A DNA stretch of 22,030 bases from Myxococcota bacterium. GTDB lineage: Bacteria > Myxococcota_A > Bradymonadia > UBA7976 > UBA1532. The DNA is taken from assembly GCA_036337435.1 (NCBI GenBank), contig JAYZEG010000076.1, positions 1-22,030 on the forward strand. Reading direction: 5' to 3'. Below are positions 18,005 to 22,030 of this stretch, in pieces; the stretch's first letter is position 1, and each line of letters starts with the position of its first letter. Under the pieces are notes generated by a model. That model saw only the letters and a program-made list of their open reading frames with translations. It had not been told where the DNA came from and ran no database searches. The translations under genes were made by a program, and so were the position numbers.

Positions 18005-19732
18005 ATGTTCAAAAACAGACCAGCCATTTGCGTTGCTGTCTCGATTATTTTCGGCTGCGCAAACACGGAGCCAAATGTCGTTGACCTGACCGATGCATCA
18101 GATGCAAATATCAGCGGCTGTGCGTTAGGCGCAATCCGCTGCGTTGATGGTCTCGAAGAAGTGTGCAACGAGTTGGGGCTTTGGACCCGAACAAGTGAAC
18201 GTGGCTCTTGTGCCGTCGATCTCTGCGCGAATGCCCGCCGGACACGCTCCTATATCGGGTGCGAATATTGGCCAGTTGACTTGGATAACGCCATCGAGAT
18301 CCTGGCGGACAAACCCAATGGCGCTCGATGCAGTCACCCTCAGTACAATTATACTGATCAGATCCGAGTATGCGATGGCCCGCGCCAGCTGGGCGGACTG
18401 TGTGACGTTGGCGATGTTTGCCCGCCCGGTTACCAATGCCGTGACCGCTCCGCCTGTATTTTGAATGCCCAACGTTCTCCGTTTTCCATCGTTGTCTCGA
18501 ATCCATCTGATTCGTTGGCAGCCAATTTGGTTTTGACCGATGCCGAGGGCAATTCGACAAACCTGAGTGTACAACCGAATGCAGTGGAAAAAATTTATCC
18601 GGACCGACTCGGACTGGCGGACATGTCTGTCGATCATACGAGCCTATCTAGGCGGGCCTATCAATTGCTGTCAGACGCCCCCATTGTTGCTTATCAATTT
18701 AACCCACTGGACAACGTGGGCGTTTTTTCAAACGACGGCTCTCTGCTCATCCCAAGTCATGCATTGGATACCATCTACTACGCTCTAACCCTGCCAACTA
18801 TGACGCGGCGTCCGTCAAAAAATGACTACAGCGGTTATATTTCCATTGTCGGGACAGCCTCGAATGAAACAAGAATTCGAGTTACACCAACGGGCGATAT
18901 TAGGGGAGGCATTGGGATTGTCGCCATAACGGCCGGCACCACAACCGAATTTACATTAGGACAGGGCGATGTTTTGAATCTGGAAGCAGCTGCCGGCGCT
19001 GATTTGACCGGCACTCGGATAGAATCGGTGGATGGCCAGACCCCTTTCGCGGTTTATGTGGGCCATGAGGCAGTTATCGTGACAGATCTAGACCCTCGAC
19101 GGGCACCTTGCTGTGCAGACCATTTGGAGGAACAGCTCTTTCCTGCATCCACGTGGGGTTCACGCTTCATTATTGCGCGTACACAGCCTCGCCCCGACAG
19201 TCTGCGCAACGGTAGAGCCGCACCAGACCTGATCCGAATTTTGGCGCAGAAAGATGACACGGAAATCACCTTTGAACCCGCCGTAACCGGTCTCTGCCCG
19301 AGCTTAAACCAAGGTGAATTCTGTGATATCTTTATTGATGGAGATACAGCCATCGATTCAAGCAAACCGATTTTGGTCGGCCATATTTTGCTGTCGACCG
19401 GCGGACAATCAGGTGACCCTGGACTGGCTTTTGCCGCGCCATACGAGCAGTTCAGGGAACGCTACACATTCCTGGTTCCCGATGAGTATCAACAACAATA
19501 TATATCGGTGGCTGCTTGGGGTGATCGCGACGTTCGCATCGATGGTGAGCTCATCTCAGACCGATTGACTGCGGTGACAGGCAACTGGACTGCGGGTCGA
19601 ATTAGAGTTGGGCCAGGACAACACGAACTGACCTGTCCAGATAAGTGCAGCGTTCTCGTCCATGGTTACTCACCCGCGGTGTCCTATCTGTTTGCCGGGG
19701 GTCTGGATCTTGCGGCGATCACGCTGCCTTGA
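18005..19732 (+). CDS. IgGFc-binding-domain family lipoprotein (myxobacterial type)
   Basis: Lipobox IIFGC and Cys-rich N-terminal region. Family motifs GCEYWPVDLDN, IVVSNP, PIVAYQFNPL, SNDGSLLIP, DHLEEQLFP, GDP, EQFRERYTF and SYLFAGG. Confidence 0.85.
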   Translation: MFKNRPAICVAVSIIFGCANTEPNVVDLTDASDANISGCALGAIRCVDGLEEVCNELGLWTRTSERGSCAVDLCANARRTRSYIGCEYWPVDLDNAIEILADKPNGARCSHPQYNYTDQIRVCDGPRQLGGLCDVGDVCPPGYQCRDRSACILNAQRSPFSIVVSNPSDSLAANLVLTDAEGNSTNLSVQPNAVEKIYPDRLGLADMSVDHTSLSRRAYQLLSDAPIVAYQFNPLDNVGVFSNDGSLLIPSHALDTIYYALTLPTMTRRPSKNDYSGYISIVGTASNETRIRVTPTGDIRGGIGIVAITAGTTTEFTLGQGDVLNLEAAAGADLTGTRIESVDGQTPFAVYVGHEAVIVTDLDPRRAPCCADHLEEQLFPASTWGSRFIIARTQPRPDSLRNGRAAPDLIRILAQKDDTEITFEPAVTGLCPSLNQGEFCDIFIDGDTAIDSSKPILVGHILLSTGGQSGDPGLAFAAPYEQFRERYTFLVPDEYQQQYISVAAWGDRDVRIDGELISDRLTAVTGNWTAGRIRVGPGQHELTCPDKCSVLVHGYSPAVSYLFAGGLDLAAITLP

Positions 19733-19945
19733 GGGCACGTTTCGTCAGCCTGGAGTGTCACACCGCTGGGGTCTACGCTTGAAGCTAAATCTGTTTTACA
19801 GACAGCCTGCGGTACAAAAGTCACCAGCCAAAAAATCAACGAGGACTTCTGAAAGCTGTTTTAAAAACATGTTAACCCAGTTAAATCATACACTTAGGAA
19901 TTAGACAAAGTCTGTTCACTTATCATGAGATTTAGTTAATACAAA

Positions 19946-19962
19946 CTGGTATACAGTTTGCT
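19946..19962 (+). promoter_or_regulatory. Putative sigma54 (-24/-12) promoter for the downstream lipoprotein gene
   Basis: CTGGTATACAGTTTGCT has exact GG-N10-GC spacing and a TTGCT -12 box (consensus YTGGCACG-N4-TTGCW). It follows an AT-rich tract in a ~390-nt intergenic region. Confidence 0.6.
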
Positions 19963-20121
19963 TTACCCTCAGGCGTTTGGGTCATAGGGACCCATCTGCT
20001 CGTTGTGAGGGAGCAACCGGGGGACAATTGGTAGTGACCATGGTCAGACGTCCAGGCAGAGCAACTCAGACAAAACGAAAATCCAATGCATAGCCAATTC
20101 GGTTATCGGGAAGGAAACAGC

Positions 20122-21900
20122 ATGAAGTACATACAAAAAATGGCCAATATTTGGCTTGCGAGCGGTGCGGCCATGTTCGCTTTGGCCTGCGGTGGAGAGA
20201 GTTCATCGAGCCAACCGGCTGAGTGCAGCGACGCCTATTGCCAGGCGCAGGGCAATCAAACGTATCAAAACTGCCTGGCATCGGGCCAAGCGAGCGACCA
20301 GCAATGTCTAGAAGCTGGACAACAGGCTTACGGGCAATGTAGCGCACAGTGCGCTGGTGGCGGGAATGCTGCCGGCGGCACTGGTGGTGGCGCGGGTGGC
20401 ACCGGTGGTGGTGCTGGCGGTGCCGGTGGCACCGGTGGCGGTGCCGGTGGCACCGGTGGCGGAGCCGGTGGAACTGGCGGCGGAGCTGGTGGAACTGGCG
20501 GCGGAGCTGGCGGTGCTGGCGGTGGTGCTGGTGGAACTGGCGGCGGCACTGGTGGAACAGGCGGCGGCGCTGGTGGTGCTGGTGGTGCTGGTGGTGCTGT
20601 TGACACGCTCATGGACTGCAATGGTCTTGATATAGACGCCCTCAATAACTTCCCCGGGGATGCGCCAAACACGTTTGAGATGACCGGGCAACGTGGTGTG
20701 CAGGACAACTTTGGGGGATCCTGCAGCACACCGGATCAGACAAGTCCTGATACGGTCGTCAGTTTCACAGCACCGAGTGCAGGCAAATGGATCATCAGCA
20801 CAAATGGAAGTGACTACGACACGGTGCTTTACGCACGGTCGACCTGCAATGATGCAGACACAGAACTCGATTGCAACGACGATTCGGGTGGATTGCAGAG
20901 CACGATAACCTTGGACTTAGCTGCTAACCAGGCGGTTTACCTCTACGTCGATACGTACAATGAAGCCGAACCGATGGCACGTCCCTTCGTGCTGTCAGCT
21001 CAACAGGCTGTGCCCCCTGTCTTAAACAGTGCTGTCTATGTCGTCGATAACAACGCGGAGGTTCCGACCATTGGGCTCGTCCTTGAGGGTAATGACCCAG
21101 ATAGCAATACGACCGCTATAAAAGTCAGCATTCTCGGAGCCGATGGCATGTCTCTTTTCGGTGATCCACAAACCTTCAATTTTACGACCATCGACCACGA
21201 CGCCAACGGCAACTTCGAGGGTACGATCAGCCTTACATTCGATGCTGAAGAAGGGCTCCCAGCATTTTCAGCCATCGTGGTGGCTGCTGTTGATGAGCTG
21301 TCATCGAGCAGTATGGACATAAACGCTGTTGAGGGCCAAGCACAGCAGACGGCCCTCGGTGCCGCGTGCAACGGAATTACCACCGTCTGCTCCGACCCCA
21401 ATATCTGTTATGAGGGTGTGTGTACCACCCCGGCAGAAGCGGCATTGTGTCCCGCAGATTGGGATGTCACTGCAATCAACCTCAATGCGATGGGTGCAAC
21501 GACCGTCAACGGAGATTTTACCGATGCGATGGGTGGCTTACGAAGTGCTGGCTGCACACGGTCCGGGGCAGCAACAGAGGTCTACAGTTTCTCTGCTCCA
21601 GCTGATGGCACATACACCGTGTCCCTCGATGCGATCGATGATAATCCAGATGACGAGATCAAGCCCGACACAGTCCTGTTTGCTCGGACTCTCTGCAACC
21701 TCGACTCAGAGCCGGACCTGGCGTGCAATGATGACCGCATGATTGGCGACCCAGACGGCATGCAAATGATGGAGCGGGATTTGTTGAGTCGCATTGAATT
21801 TGAGGCGACTGCTGGACAGACAATTTACCTATTTGCTGACTTGTATGATGCCGAGCCTGAATGGCGTGGGGCATACACCATGACCATTACGCGTCAGTAA
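20122..21900 (+). CDS. Acidic, Cys-rich surface lipoprotein with a Gly-rich linker and two PPC-like beta-sandwich domains
   Basis: AAGGA RBS, ATG 20122 and lipobox FALAC. Two homologous modules: FTAPSAGKW..DTVLYARSTC..ELDCNDD..YLYVD and FSAPADGTY..DTVLFARTLC..DLACNDD..YLFAD. Confidence 0.85.
   Translation: MKYIQKMANIWLASGAAMFALACGGESSSSQPAECSDAYCQAQGNQTYQNCLASGQASDQQCLEAGQQAYGQCSAQCAGGGNAAGGTGGGAGGTGGGAGGAGGTGGGAGGTGGGAGGTGGGAGGTGGGAGGAGGGAGGTGGGTGGTGGGAGGAGGAGGAVDTLMDCNGLDIDALNNFPGDAPNTFEMTGQRGVQDNFGGSCSTPDQTSPDTVVSFTAPSAGKWIISTNGSDYDTVLYARSTCNDADTELDCNDDSGGLQSTITLDLAANQAVYLYVDTYNEAEPMARPFVLSAQQAVPPVLNSAVYVVDNNAEVPTIGLVLEGNDPDSNTTAIKVSILGADGMSLFGDPQTFNFTTIDHDANGNFEGTISLTFDAEEGLPAFSAIVVAAVDELSSSSMDINAVEGQAQQTALGAACNGITTVCSDPNICYEGVCTTPAEAALCPADWDVTAINLNAMGATTVNGDFTDAMGGLRSAGCTRSGAATEVYSFSAPADGTYTVSLDAIDDNPDDEIKPDTVLFARTLCNLDSEPDLACNDDRMIGDPDGMQMMERDLLSRIEFEATAGQTIYLFADLYDAEPEWRGAYTMTITRQ
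20374..20598 (+). repeat. Coding tandem repeat, ~21-nt unit encoding GGTGGGA, with GGA variants
   Basis: Translation GGTGGGAGGTGGGAGGAGGTGGGA...GGAGGAGGA. Synonymous codons differ between copies. Confidence 0.95.
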
Positions 21901-21921
21901 TCAAACCTTCCTTAACGCATT

Positions 21922-21959
21922 GACCCCTCAGGAATACAATTCTTGAGGGGTCTTTTTTT
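21922..21959 (+). terminator. Rho-independent terminator
   Basis: GACCCCTCAGGAAT-ACA-ATTCTTGAGGGGTC hairpin (14 bp with one G-U pair) followed by T7, 21 nt after the stop codon at 21900. Confidence 0.92.
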
Positions 21960-22030
21960 GTTCACGAGAAGCGCAGCTACCAATCGGCCTGCCAGCCGAA
22001 CTCGGTCCGACCGTCCTGGTATAACCAGAT

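Noticed and set aside
20374..20598. CRISPR array or non-coding repeat
   Set aside because: No unique spacers. The repeat is in frame within a CDS and varies mainly at third codon positions.
20308..20729. Alternative-frame ORFs rich in Pro, Trp/Arg, Ser/Thr or Val/Ala
   Set aside because: They are shadows of the Gly-rich coding repeat in other frames and on the opposite strand.
21917..21960. Resemblance to the phage T7 terminator (TCTTGAGGGG...TTTTTT), suggesting vector contamination
   Set aside because: Only the 3' arm is similar; the loop and 5' arm differ, and no other vector sequence is present.

Overview
Gene-dense bacterial window, about 50-55% GC by eye. It most likely comes from a Myxococcota/deltaproteobacterial-type genome, judging by the Cys-rich lipoproteins with GGxGG linkers, an IgGFc-binding-family protein and a sigma54-type promoter. 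No rRNA, tRNA, CRISPR array or mobile element is visible. Bases 1-8830 hold six genes: a beta-lactamase-fold serine hydrolase, an M14 Zn-carboxypeptidase, an APC amino-acid permease, an M23 peptidase, an FGE-sulfatase-fold protein and a NodB polysaccharide deacetylase. The five soluble proteins are strongly Lys/Arg-rich, so this looks like an undescribed system for processing an envelope polymer or peptide. Next is a long-form RluA pseudouridine synthase split by one in-frame TAA, whose N-terminal half resembles a degenerate Zn-deaminase fold. The rest of the window holds a TrmH methyltransferase, an MDR oxidoreductase, a SET-domain protein with a structured/uORF leader, an orphan lipoprotein, a long-form GAPDH, trpS and two surface lipoproteins. 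The last lipoprotein has a sigma54-like promoter, a GGA-rich leader and a clear intrinsic terminator. All family calls come from motif recognition by eye; no searches were run.
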